Shown piece by piece: positions 46,822 through 57,842 of a DNA stretch of 57,920 nucleotides. The notes beneath the pieces are model-generated. The model was given only the letters and a program-made list of their open reading frames with translations. It did no database searches and was not told where the DNA came from. A program made the translations under genes and the position numbers. How positions within the stretch are numbered: the first letter of the stretch is position 1; the number at the start of each line of letters is the position of its first letter. This DNA comes from Proteromonas lacertae (Eukaryota). The stretch lies in NCBI GenBank assembly GCA_002245135.1, contig NGBS01000337.1, positions 1-57,920 on the forward strand, read 5' to 3'.

Positions 46822-48320
46822 AAGTATAAGACTCCTTACTATCATCTACTAGGTAAAAATCCTTCCTAGTCTACATGAGCCTGATAATGCTGAAGCTCCT
46901 ACAACTACTGATAGTTCCTTGCTTCTCAAGAAGTATGTTGCTGGTGTCTGCTCCCTTTATGAATCCTTGGTAGGTATATTTGATAATTGCTGTCATTGTC
47001 CACAACCACCAAGAGAAGTTCCTTGCGGATGCCTGGAAGGAGATGGAGGATGCTTTCTATGATGTTCATTTACAGCTAGAGTGCTTAATCCCCACGATCA
47101 TCACTGGGTATTGTATGTTACTCTTCACTACCCTTGAATATCACGATCCAGTAAAGTCCGAGAAGTACCATCAAGTGATCTACGATCAGTTATCCGTTAT
47201 CGTCAATGAGTTGAATGGGATGCTAGCGATAGTCGATAATTACCTGGATATCGTAAGGCATAACATTGATCCAAGAAAACTATTACTGCTAGTGACTTGT
47301 GATTCACGGACTGATCTACGTAAGCTAGTAGAAGCTACCTTCCATCGCGTCTATGGTCTTGACATCCTTAACGATCCTGAGTACTACAATGCATCTCCTT
47401 CAGTAAGTGTACTCCAAGACTACTTGCTTAACTGCTTCAACATCTTACCTGTGATCAATCGCCTGGCTAATGTTACGAAGTCCCTTAAGGAGTTCATCAA
47501 TAAGTATTACCTACTCGGTAAGGAGATCGCTGATCGTAGAACTCACAAGGTTCAAGAGATTCTATCATCCTCTGTCCATATCATCGATAGCAATTCAGAC
47601 TCTTAGTAACTAGCTTAAGTTGTAATTTAGTCCTTACCATTGCTTATTGTCTTGTGTTGGGTTGATCATCTCCTTGAACATCTCCGATATTGATCAATTT
47701 CCTTACCTTTGAAAGTCTCCAGTCCATTTCATTATCAATGTCAATGGAGTCATCGATAAGCAGGACGTAGACAGATGTGTGAAGCTTACCAGGAGATGTC
47801 TTCTTAAATCCACTACTCTTTACAACAACTACAATAGAATGATGGGAAGCTTAATAAGGAACTTACTAGCTGCTCAATATAGAAGTCCCAATGGTTGTTT
47901 GCATGGAGCTGACATCGTTGACATTTATGTGAACTACTCTATCATCCGTATTAAGCTCTCTGCACTCCGTTAGTACCGACTCTTATAGCTTCACGATAAT
48001 GATGTAGCCATTCCACCTTCTGAATCCTTTAACTACCTGGAGATGATCATTGATGATGCTGATACACTCCAGAGATCCTGGACGATGCAGAATCCCTAAT
48101 CAGCTCCTTGGAGTTGACTTCTAGGGAGCATCCTTGGTTTATTGATCATCCCCATACCACATCAAAGCTTACCAAGGTAATGATCGTGACTATTGTGAAG
48201 CAGCGCCATCTACAACTATACTTACTACAAGTCCACCACCATTAACAAAGTTGAAACAGAGAAGGAAGGTACCTGATTCCAATTGCCATCTTACAAGGAG
48301 ATTACGATCACTCGGAGGAT
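46822..48320 (+). pseudogene. GC-richer unidentified helical-protein gene fragments
   Basis: 208-aa track ORF 46980-47606 plus broken frames; visibly higher GC than flanks; shorter copy at 22465-22930. Confidence 0.45.
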
Positions 48321-48433
48321 GACAATATATCTAAAACTAATTTATCTAATTATTGTTAATATATATGAAGGATGAAGATATATTATAAATTATAATTATT
48401 GGTAAAAGTAATTCATTCGTTAAATTATTAAAA

Positions 48434-49594
48434 TCAATATATATGATATAAATGTTTAATTTTATGAATATAATCTGAGTTTAATTTCTTTTTTTCATGT
48501 AATGTATAGTCATTCCAAAATGTATTTGATATATTGTTTTCAGATGAAGACAATCTATCTCTTTTATATTTTAAATTATTAATCATTTCCTTATTACACT
48601 TAATATTGCATAAAAGCAATAAAGAAAATGAAATATGGCCATCTTCAGCAGTTCTTGTATCATAAATATCATTATACCAAATCAACATCAACCATTTTCT
48701 GTGAATTAATAAAGGTGTTGCGCACCATTTCATTCCATTTTTTGATCCTGAATGATGTCCAAAGAATCCTTTTCCTTTTCCTTTTATTCTATTTATCCAC
48801 ATCATATGAGAAGATTTATTTAGAGGAAACCAATCATCATCATATATTAAGACATTATTATTAGGTGATAATAATGAAATGAGATATCTGAAATAAAACC
48901 CAGCAGGAAAATTCACTGCATGAATGTATATAATATCCCATTGAAGATGAGGCAATTTTACTATATTTCTATCATGAACAACTATAACATGCTTAGGTGG
49001 TTTTGTTTGATTAAAAAAGCTATTCATTTGAGTCATTAAATTATTTCTTTTATAAACAGTAGTCACAATTGTATAATTGTAGTTATATTTTTCTTCCTTA
49101 CATATACTTCTTTCTCTTATACTTATTTTATTATTCCTAAGAATGTTATATACATCATTATACTTACAATTTCTAAAAATATTTGTATGTATATGTAGAT
49201 ATTTAAGATATGAAATATTAAAATACATACATCCATTACTTATTCTTGATTTATCAATTCTATTAAATAATTCTATCTTCATTTTGTATTTCATATCTTC
49301 ACTACAAATAGTTATTATTTTTGATTTCACTATTATATTGTATAAAGGAATTAAAAATAGAATATCATCATATATTTCATTTGTTTCAATGTAATATATG
49401 TTCTTTTCAATTTTCATCTTATTTCTATTCTTTACATTATATATCACAATATAATTATCAATATACTTCCTTATATGTTTAAAACTAGTATTGCTATTTA
49501 TCTTTTCTATTATTGATATATTGTAAATACTATCACTCTTTGTAAATATTATATACATAAATAGCACAAATATTATTATATTATAATTATACAT
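48434..49594 (-). CDS. GT-A glycosyltransferase-like protein, duplicate of 23043-24203
   Basis: Identical 386-aa translation. Confidence 0.7.
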   Translation of the reverse strand: MYNYNIIIFVLFMYIIFTKSDSIYNISIIEKINSNTSFKHIRKYIDNYIVIYNVKNRNKMKIEKNIYYIETNEIYDDILFLIPLYNIIVKSKIITICSEDMKYKMKIELFNRIDKSRISNGCMYFNISYLKYLHIHTNIFRNCKYNDVYNILRNNKISIRERSICKEEKYNYNYTIVTTVYKRNNLMTQMNSFFNQTKPPKHVIVVHDRNIVKLPHLQWDIIYIHAVNFPAGFYFRYLISLLSPNNNVLIYDDDWFPLNKSSHMMWINRIKGKGKGFFGHHSGSKNGMKWCATPLLIHRKWLMLIWYNDIYDTRTAEDGHISFSLLLLCNIKCNKEMINNLKYKRDRLSSSENNISNTFWNDYTLHEKKKLNSDYIHKIKHLYHIY

Positions 49595-49733
49595 TTACTT
49601 AATATAAAGTAATTATATGTGTAATAGCTTTATATGTGTTATTTATATGTAATATATATTAGCAATTTTAATTGAATTGTTTATATATATCATTAAACTT
49701 GTTCCATTCATTATTACTTATGTAATTATAATT

Positions 49734-51128
49734 TTAATTAATTATTTTAAATTGTTTTAAAAATTTAATCTTCAATTTAGATGCAAATTGAATTGTCAAA
49801 TGATGTCTATCTGAATATACTGGACAACCTTCAATAGCATAACTACAACGACTATTAGAGCAGATATACTTATTCATATCTATATAAGATATTCTTTCAT
49901 TGTTTATAATTGGTAATTTATAAACAGATGCATTTACCCCTATAATTTTTTTAATTGTAATACATTCATAAGGATTTTTAGAGAAGTGGAAGTATCCTGA
50001 ACTATGTAAACTAAGTCAGTATAATTCAACAACAAATCTATATAATTATTAAAATATGATATTCTAGGTTCTGCTATTTCTCTTGTTAAATAATATCCTA
50101 TAATAATTAGTTTAATGTTATTAAAATAATCTAACATTCTCTTGATTATTTTCATATCTTTAACAATTGCATTATATTCTCTTAAATATATATGGATTGG
50201 AACATAATTATTTGAAATAAGATATGGCATAGTTATATTAAACCATTGTTCTACATTAGAATCACTAATAAATAAAGCAACATTATTTATTCTTGGTTTA
50301 ATGTTCTTTTTAAACGGACAATTTCCATTTTTATACCATATTTCCTTCCTTCCAGATATAATATCATCCCTATTATATGATACTATATTATTTGGCGCTA
50401 TATATAAATGCATCTTAATCATATTAATAGAATGCTGAATTAAAACTATTAATAATCCATGACATATTGTAAGAAATAATATTTGATATGGTAAATATAC
50501 TATTTTAAATCTTATTGGGTTTTCATAATATTTGGTAGATAAAAATGATATTAATTCGATATTCTGTAAAAAGAAAGTTGATAATAGAAGAATAAACAAA
50601 ATATATATTACTCTTCTTGTTGTTCTAGTATAAGATTGTTTTATAGCTATAATTCCATATAAAAATTCCCATATTCTAGAAAATAATGAGAAATATGAAT
50701 AACTATGATGATAATGACATTCTATGGCTGCATATAAAAAACTGGTTATATAAACTATACTAAATAGTTAATGAAAAAAGGAAACAATAAATAAAATTGA
50801 TGGTTTTTCACTTAGTGATAAATAATCTGTGGAAAGATAAATGTATCTGATATTTGAAATAGAAAGATCAACACTTAATATATCTAAATACAATGTCTTT
50901 TGATATACAATATTCATTTTAGAAGCTATATACATTGCAACAATCAATACTATAAATGAAACAGGTATTAATCTCATTCCTCTATGCAAATGATTAAGAA
51001 TGAAAGAATAAGAATATATCTACACCTAAATACCCAGATGATAAATAATTTTTGTTATAATGATATAAAAATACAGAAATAAGACAAATTCCTCTTATAA
51101 CTTGAATATCATTTCTATAACTACTCAT
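49734..51128 (-). pseudogene. AT3-SGNH pseudogene, duplicate of 24343-25737
   Basis: Same ORF fragments and lesions. Confidence 0.8.
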
Positions 51129-51158
51129 CTTAAAAATGTTATATATGATTTTTACTAA

Positions 51159-51452
51159 TTAGTTATTTAAAGAATGTTTGCCAAGTTCTTTTTTACCTAA
51201 AACACATACACCATACGGATCAGATTTAATACTTTGTCTAATATATATATCTAATTTTAATTGTTCTAATAACTTATATACTTCATAATTTTCTTTAATA
51301 ACCCCATCTTTATAATGATAATAAATTGGTAACACCTTGTATCCTATTTCACTTAGAATATATTTTAATGCATAATATGAAAAATATATGAAATGTCCTC
51401 CTTTTGTCTGAAATTTAATTGCTTCATCTTTACTACTACAATAATTACTTTT
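51159..51452 (-). pseudogene. 3' end only of the duplicated methyltransferase
   Basis: Matches 25768-26061; upstream part absent. Confidence 0.7.
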
Positions 51453-51961
51453 CTTTTTGAATTTAAACAAAAATAATTATTCCATTTGAATCCTCATCTT
51501 ATGATGAATCTATTTATGTAGTTAGTTAAAATTATAGAAAGTGAATGACATATAATTTCAAAAAATAATTCAATAAAAACAATCTCAATAGGATGGTCAA
51601 CACATGGTGTGATATGACACCATATAGTGACCATCCTATGTAATAAAAAACAAAACAAAAAAAAAATGGAGTTCAAGTCAAATCTCGAAACGCATCTATT
51701 TTTCTAAGTGTTATAGTTAGAGCTAGGATTAGTTTGAATACATAATAAATATATCAATTGATTTGTTTTCTTTTTCTCTATCTTTCTATGTATTTATTTT
51801 TTATGTTTGACTATAATCGAAATCTAATTTAAAAAAAACAATTTTGCGTATAATTAGCTACACATATATACATACACTTATAATAACCCCAAACAAACAC
51901 TATTATATGATAAATAATATTTCACTTTTTTAATGAAATTGAAATAGAATTACTGACTTAA

Positions 51962-52793
51962 TTAGCAGTCAAATATATCTATTGGTATGGCATCATCATT
52001 GTCATCATCAAATGCTTTTCTTCTTTTCTTTGTAGGTTTACCATTTGTTTGAATGATTTCATTGTCTTTCTTTTCTTCTTCTTCTTTTTCTTCTTGAAGG
52101 TGTTCTTCTTCTTCTCTATCTTCATTATTTTTAATAGTTTCCTTAATAGTTTTGATTAATGATTTCATTTTCAGAATAACATCTTCTTCAACTGGTTGTT
52201 TTTCAGCTGGCTCTTCAACTGGTTCTACAACTGGTTTATCATTTGTTAATTCAACATCACTTCTATTTCACTCTCTGTTTCAATCTCTTTTACTAAAGCT
52301 GCTACAACATTTCCCCATTCATCATCATATTCCATATTATAACCTGTTATCATATCTCCATCCCCTAATTCTGTCATTGTATCAGATGTTAATGTTTTTA
52401 AAGAATCATATATGTAGTCAATTTTACGATCTATCTATATATTGATAAAACTTTTATAAATTATACAATTGACTTAGGTTTTGACTTTTTATACTCCAAA
52501 CAATAAATTAATTCATTTTTAAAGTCTTTATAATAATCCACTCTAAACCTTGCATCTCTAATCCAGATGGATTTAAATCTATCAACCAGACTTTGTATAT
52601 TAGGTATTAATCTAGTGCCTTTAAAACTATATAACATAATATGATAAATATACTGGTATCTACTTAAATATTTGAAGTTTTTAGCTACATCTTGTAAATT
52701 AACCAACAAAATGTCATATTCAGCTTCATCATGTACTACTTTTACTTTTACTCTGTAAACTACTTCTTGTTTTAAAATAATTTTGTTATCCAT
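51962..52793 (-). CDS. Spliced hypothetical gene with 32-nt intron (52435-52466) and one frameshift near 52265
   Basis: Removing GTATAA..TATAG joins ..KPKSI to IDRKIDYIYDSL..; acidic tail with KKRRK. Confidence 0.6.
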
Positions 52794-53198
52794 GATGATA
52801 TTTCAAAATAATTAACAATATAACTGCCAAACTCAAACCAGTATTCAAACTTGTATATTTTTAATATTTATATACAGGGTTAGCACACAATCTAACTATA
52901 ATTTATATATACTTACTAGGGTATATACCCATCTCAATTATATCAATATCTCATTTCAGGCAATAATCTAAATCATCTTTGATTATGAAACATATATGAA
53001 ATCTAACTACATAAATCGATTGCTCATAATATGCTATATAATAAGAAACACATCAGATTATTCATTATGTCAATGGATCGTGAGATATTATTTTTTTAAA
53101 CAAACCTCAAACATTTGTATTACTAAACAAACAATAACTTTATTGATTAGACCCATAAAAATTTAATAATATATATAATAGCAAAAAATACAAAGAAT

Positions 53199-53669
53199 AT
53201 GCCTGACCATTTAACATATAATATGCTTAGACAACCTAACGGTGAATATGCTTTTTATATTCATAGATATAGGGACAATAGAGCACATAGATGGGTCATT
53301 CAATTTCCATTTAAAACAATGAAAATATTAAAAAGAAATAAAGTAAAGGTGTTTATATGTGGTTCACTCAGAACTAATAGAAATGATCCAGAAGTACTAG
53401 GTGATTATAGACATCATGGTGATCAATTAATGATAAACCTCAAAACCTATGGGTATGACAGAAGAGCTTCAATATTAGTAATGAATAGAAAATTAAGAAA
53501 TGGAGAACATGAGTATGCAGATGGTGATTGTATTCCTCAAAAATTTAGAAAATATGCTTTTCATCATATGAGTTATCAATGGAATGGAGGGAATTTTTAT
53601 CGCATACATCCAGTTGATAGAAATGTTGCTGATGGAATTAGTAGTAGTAGTAGTAGTGACTCTGATTAA
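53199..53669 (+). CDS. Hypothetical basic protein
   Basis: 156-aa ORF with ATG and Ser/Asp tail. Confidence 0.65.
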   Translation: MPDHLTYNMLRQPNGEYAFYIHRYRDNRAHRWVIQFPFKTMKILKRNKVKVFICGSLRTNRNDPEVLGDYRHHGDQLMINLKTYGYDRRASILVMNRKLRNGEHEYADGDCIPQKFRKYAFHHMSYQWNGGNFYRIHPVDRNVADGISSSSSSDSD

Positions 53670-53773
53670 ATACTTAAAAATTCTATTATTATTATATATG
53701 TTTGTTTTTGTTTGATAAGCATACTATTAATAGTTACTATATTTTAAATAATATCAATTATAAAAATCACAAC

Positions 53774-54145
53774 ATGTCTTATTATGAAGGATGGCCAAAA
53801 GGGTTTAAAATTAGTAAAGACTGGAATACATATATTCCTAAATCAGTTAACAGGAGTAAATGGAGAAAGAGCTATGATTTGTATAGAGACAAAGTAAAGA
53901 ATGCACTACAAAACAAAACAAAAGTTAAATTACAATATAGACAATTAATGAAAATGTATGAACGATTATTAGCTGCTAATCCACCTAAACAAAGAGGAAG
54001 ACCAAAAGGAAGTAAAGATAGAGCAAAACGTAAACCAAGACGAGCCGGTCCACGAGCCGCGCCAAAGAATGATCCACATCGTATAGTTGTGCATAATGGC
54101 AGGCATTATCAGTATGGTATTCCAGTTCCTAATATGGATAATTAA
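53774..54145 (+). CDS. Basic AT-hook protein (possible genome-condensing core protein)
   Basis: PKQRGRPKGSK AT-hook in a K/R-rich tail; ATG at 53774. Confidence 0.65.
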   Translation: MSYYEGWPKGFKISKDWNTYIPKSVNRSKWRKSYDLYRDKVKNALQNKTKVKLQYRQLMKMYERLLAANPPKQRGRPKGSKDRAKRKPRRAGPRAAPKNDPHRIVVHNGRHYQYGIPVPNMDN

Positions 54146-54231
54146 AGTAATTCTTTATATATTCTGTTTTTATGTAATATATGTGTGTTTGTTTCTGGTG
54201 TTTGGTATTGCTATATCCGGCCGCCACTTTG

Positions 54232-54320
54232 CAACTTGAATTGTAATATAAGTTACAACTGGCGCCAGTTGTAACTTGAATTGTGATGTATCTTACAACT
54301 TGGGCCAGTTGTAAGATACA
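54232..54320. repeat. Two tandem palindromes in ~40-bp repeat units
   Basis: Perfect 28-bp AAGTTACAACTGGCGCCAGTTGTAACTT (54250-54277); 14-bp-arm hairpin 54287-54320. Confidence 0.9.
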
Positions 54321-54380
54321 AGTTTAACCAAAAATAAAAAAAACATAATATAATAATATAATATAAAAATTAAAAAATAA

Positions 54381-54617
54381 TTAAATAGTCATTTTCCTTT
54401 GTTTAGTGATTTCAATAAGAGATTGAGTATCCTTAAGTGTCTTATCATGTTCTAACCCTTTATTCATCATGGCATCTATGTTATTTCTAAGTTCTTCTAT
54501 GTCAGTATTGTTTGGAATACAATTGTGTGCCTTTAAGTATTTGAAAAGAGCCAAAGCTATCATATACAATACAAATACGAGAACTGAAAGCAAAACAGTT
54601 ATTACATCAAAGTCCAT
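54381..54617 (-). CDS. ORF-Y small transmembrane protein of element C
   Basis: Homologous to 10975-11250. Confidence 0.8.
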   Translation of the reverse strand: MDFDVITVLLSVLVFVLYMIALALFKYLKAHNCIPNNTDIEELRNNIDAMMNKGLEHDKTLKDTQSLIEITKQRKMTI

Positions 54618-54684
54618 GTGTGTTTATGAGAATCTTATATAAGAAAACAAAATTAATCAAAGTAATGTATTTATTATCAATAAA

Positions 54685-55281
54685 CTAACTTACAAGACAT
54701 TGGTTATTATTAATATATTCATCCTTAATGGATCTTGGTGATATTGGAGATAAGTCATAATCTGTGAGATTGACATTGTCATTGTCATTTTCAAGCTTGA
54801 CTTGTATTTCTTCTATATCTTTATTACTATTATCATTAGGAGGAGGTAATATATTAGCTTCATGATTCATCATAATAATACTTTCTAATAATTGATGAGT
54901 TTTTTCAAAAGATGGGTTTCTTTTCTCCTTAATCTTGTTAACACACTCAAGGAACATATTAGGTGTAATGCGCACAGTCTCATCTACATCAGAAATACCT
55001 AATCTTTGAATTAATTTCTCTTTACTCTCATCCCACCAACATCCATTTTTGAATCTATATTCCAAGTCTAATCTATACTGTTCATCGACGTATTTGAGTA
55101 TATATCTGATCTCACTATAAGTTAATTCCTTTTTATCACCACATATCAAATTCTATAATTTAGATTTGGTTGGCGCTCTCATTTTGCCATCCTTTCTAAA
55201 GCAATTAATGAGTATTTGTTTATCAGAGTTCCAAAAGTTATAAGGCACAGTACGATATTTATGCTCCTGATCGTTATTCAT
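54685..55281 (-). pseudogene. ORF-X of element C with an in-frame TAG near 55154
   Basis: MNNDQEHKYRTVPY..FRKDGKMRAPTKSKL*NLICG..LTYSEIRYILKY. Confidence 0.8.
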
Positions 55282-55366
55282 TTTTAAAAAATATAAGTGT
55301 AATTAATACTAATAATGACAATATTGACATTATTAACGAATTTATTTTCAAAATAGATTTTATCTT

Positions 55367-56326
55367 ATGTTAGTTTCGAATCATCGTGTGTACTACTTAA
55401 ATTCTGATATGATTGTATTATCTGATTCCATGGGCGGAGGAAACAAGTATAAGAAGACATTAAAATTGCAATCATTCGATGATGATTATACTCATGTCAG
55501 CTTATTACATGCTGTTATACCCAATTCATTCCCAACTATACAGGAAGAAACAAATGATGAGTTTTCATTAGTATTCACATTGGGATGGAGACATGATGTT
55601 CAAGTAGATGCACCAAAGTATCCAAACATCATAAAACACCTCAAAATACCAGAAGGATTCTATGATGAAACTCAGATATTAAGTATGATTAATAATTTAG
55701 TAAAAAATATGACATATGATGTTTTTGGAATAAAAGATGATGCATATAATGAAGATGGTTCACATGTGTCTATTATACAAGGAAAAGGAGATTTATTTCG
55801 TATAGACAATTTCGATGATAATCAAACATATCATATTGAGGTAGCTAATGATATGAATATAATATACTATCAAAAAGACCCAGTATATTGGATAGAAAAA
55901 TTAGAGATCATCACCAAAGATCTTAGTTACAAAATATTAGGTATACCCAAAAACAATTACTGGTGTTGTTTTAAAGAATATATTCCATCTGAAGAACCAG
56001 AGAATCAACAAGAAATTATGGTTAAGCCATTCCCATTTACTCAATTACCATTTCGTCCTTCTTTGATATGGGTTAATTCTATATCCATTAGATTAGACAT
56101 AGTGAATATTATGCAGGATTCAAATGTATTAGAAAATATACCCGTTTCAAATCCTGAGTTACCATTTATTACATATCAGAATAATGACATATTGAATACA
56201 TCGAAGAGATTTAATAATACCTATAACAATGGTATGATCACTATTCAGATTACTCAACAAAATGGCTATGAACTTAATCTTGATAATATTGAGTTTAATT
56301 TAGATATTGTTGTATTTAAAGTCTAA
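55367..56326 (+). CDS. Minor capsid (penton-like) protein of element C, intact 319 aa
   Basis: Same motifs as the A and B copies. Confidence 0.8.
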   Translation: MLVSNHRVYYLNSDMIVLSDSMGGGNKYKKTLKLQSFDDDYTHVSLLHAVIPNSFPTIQEETNDEFSLVFTLGWRHDVQVDAPKYPNIIKHLKIPEGFYDETQILSMINNLVKNMTYDVFGIKDDAYNEDGSHVSIIQGKGDLFRIDNFDDNQTYHIEVANDMNIIYYQKDPVYWIEKLEIITKDLSYKILGIPKNNYWCCFKEYIPSEEPENQQEIMVKPFPFTQLPFRPSLIWVNSISIRLDIVNIMQDSNVLENIPVSNPELPFITYQNNDILNTSKRFNNTYNNGMITIQITQQNGYELNLDNIEFNLDIVVFKV

Positions 56327-56357
56327 TTTTTATATTTCTTTATTCTTTTGTTTTCTA

Positions 56358-57842
56358 ATGGCTTTATCTATTCCAAAAGAACAGAAACATGGTGTAGATG
56401 TCCCTGTGATGCTACCCTTCTATAATTATGTGAGATTGACTCCGATGGGATCAACATCAGAATATACTCTAAGTGATAACACGTATACAGAAGAGATTAG
56501 ATGGGAGATAAGTGGAGATAATATCATTAATCTCGCTAAGTCATATATCCAATTCGATATAGATGTAGAAACAGAACCATGTAGCAAAAGGTTCAGAAGT
56601 AGGTGCTGTTAGAGCAGATTTAAGTAAGAAACTTATAAATAAAGATGATGATTTATATCCAAGTACAATTGGAGGAATTAAAGAAGGGTTTGGCTTGGCC
56701 TCTTTTAGAATTTGTAATCAGACTGGAACAGATCTGGTCAAGCTTGATGATTCGTATGAACCATATCGTGTATTTATGGATGAATTAGTTAGAAAGAGAT
56801 GCGATATATTCTATCAAGACAATTACTATGATGGAATACAATTAGATTGGAGTAACGATGAACACAGTTATCTTATTCAAGATGTTAATAAATGGAAAAT
56901 GGATAAAGAAACGGAAGATGATGAATTTACTAATACTGTAGAGATTTATAATGAAAGTGATGACAAAGTAACTAGTGCTATTCAATATAAGAATAAAAAG
57001 ACATTACATTTCAAATTACAGTTAGGTAAATTTTACAATACATTTGCTGCATTAAAGAGCGATGTATTCTTTGGAGAGAGAATGTATATATGCATTCGAT
57101 TCCAAACTAAAGCAAATTATGGAAATTTGAAATCATATACACCAACCGAATATTGTATTGATGAAAATGGCTTTGAAGATTTAAATAATGTTATAGCATG
57201 GGATAGGAATGGTGGTATTAAAAATATGATATTTAAGAATTTTAAATTTTATGCTTATATCAACAAGGATACTCAATGCAACAATAATACCAAAACAATA
57301 TTGTTTATCAAAACCTATTCAATTCAATGATTTCAGATGCCATCAAATTGTTGTACCATCAGGTGGATCTGGCATATTCAATTATTCTTTCACATTGAAT
57401 AGTTCCAATGGACCATTTGTTCGTTACATTATCTATAGGCCATGGATAGAATCATTAAAAAGATATGCACATGTACCTGAAAATGCACAATTCAGATGGA
57501 TGATCAATGACTTTGTCTATCAGCCAGATTATACACTTATGCAATATTATGATAGCTATATGACTGTCCGTGAATATTTCCAAGACTCATGGTTTGATAT
57601 ATTCAGAAAAAGATAAGAAGTTCAATGACAAGTTCTTTGAGATATTGAATTTTGGCTCTAAGGATTTGGACAATATTAAGAACCAGGCAGGTAGACCTTT
57701 GGCTACTGATATGAAAATAACCTTTGAATTTTCAACACCTGGTAAGAATGACTTTACTAATAATGATATCACTCATCGTTTCTATATCATCACTGGACGT
57801 ATGGTCACTATTAATGGAAGTGGTATTGTAAGTGTAGTTTAA
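56358..57842 (+). pseudogene. Major capsid protein of element C, three frameshifts at A-runs
   Basis: Four consecutive track ORFs tile the full MCP ending INGSGIVSVV*. Confidence 0.82.

Larger units (their letters stand above)
46822..51452 (+). repeat. Segmental duplication, copy 2 (longer version)
   Basis: Matches 22465-26061 apart from four deletions in copy 1. Confidence 0.95.

Noticed and set aside
54232..54320. CRISPR-like array
   Set aside because: Only about two units, no unique spacers, no cas genes
5651..57772. Short antisense or overlapping track ORFs (e.g. 5651-5908, 23237-23473, 41859-42134, 46119-46427, 52152-52445, 57587-57772)
   Set aside because: Shadows of better-supported genes or junction artefacts with no motifs
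1213..57842. Programmed frameshifting or an alternative genetic code to explain broken viral genes
   Set aside because: Shift positions differ among homologous MCPs, many lie in homopolymers, and TAA, TAG and TGA all end intact genes; decay or read error is simpler
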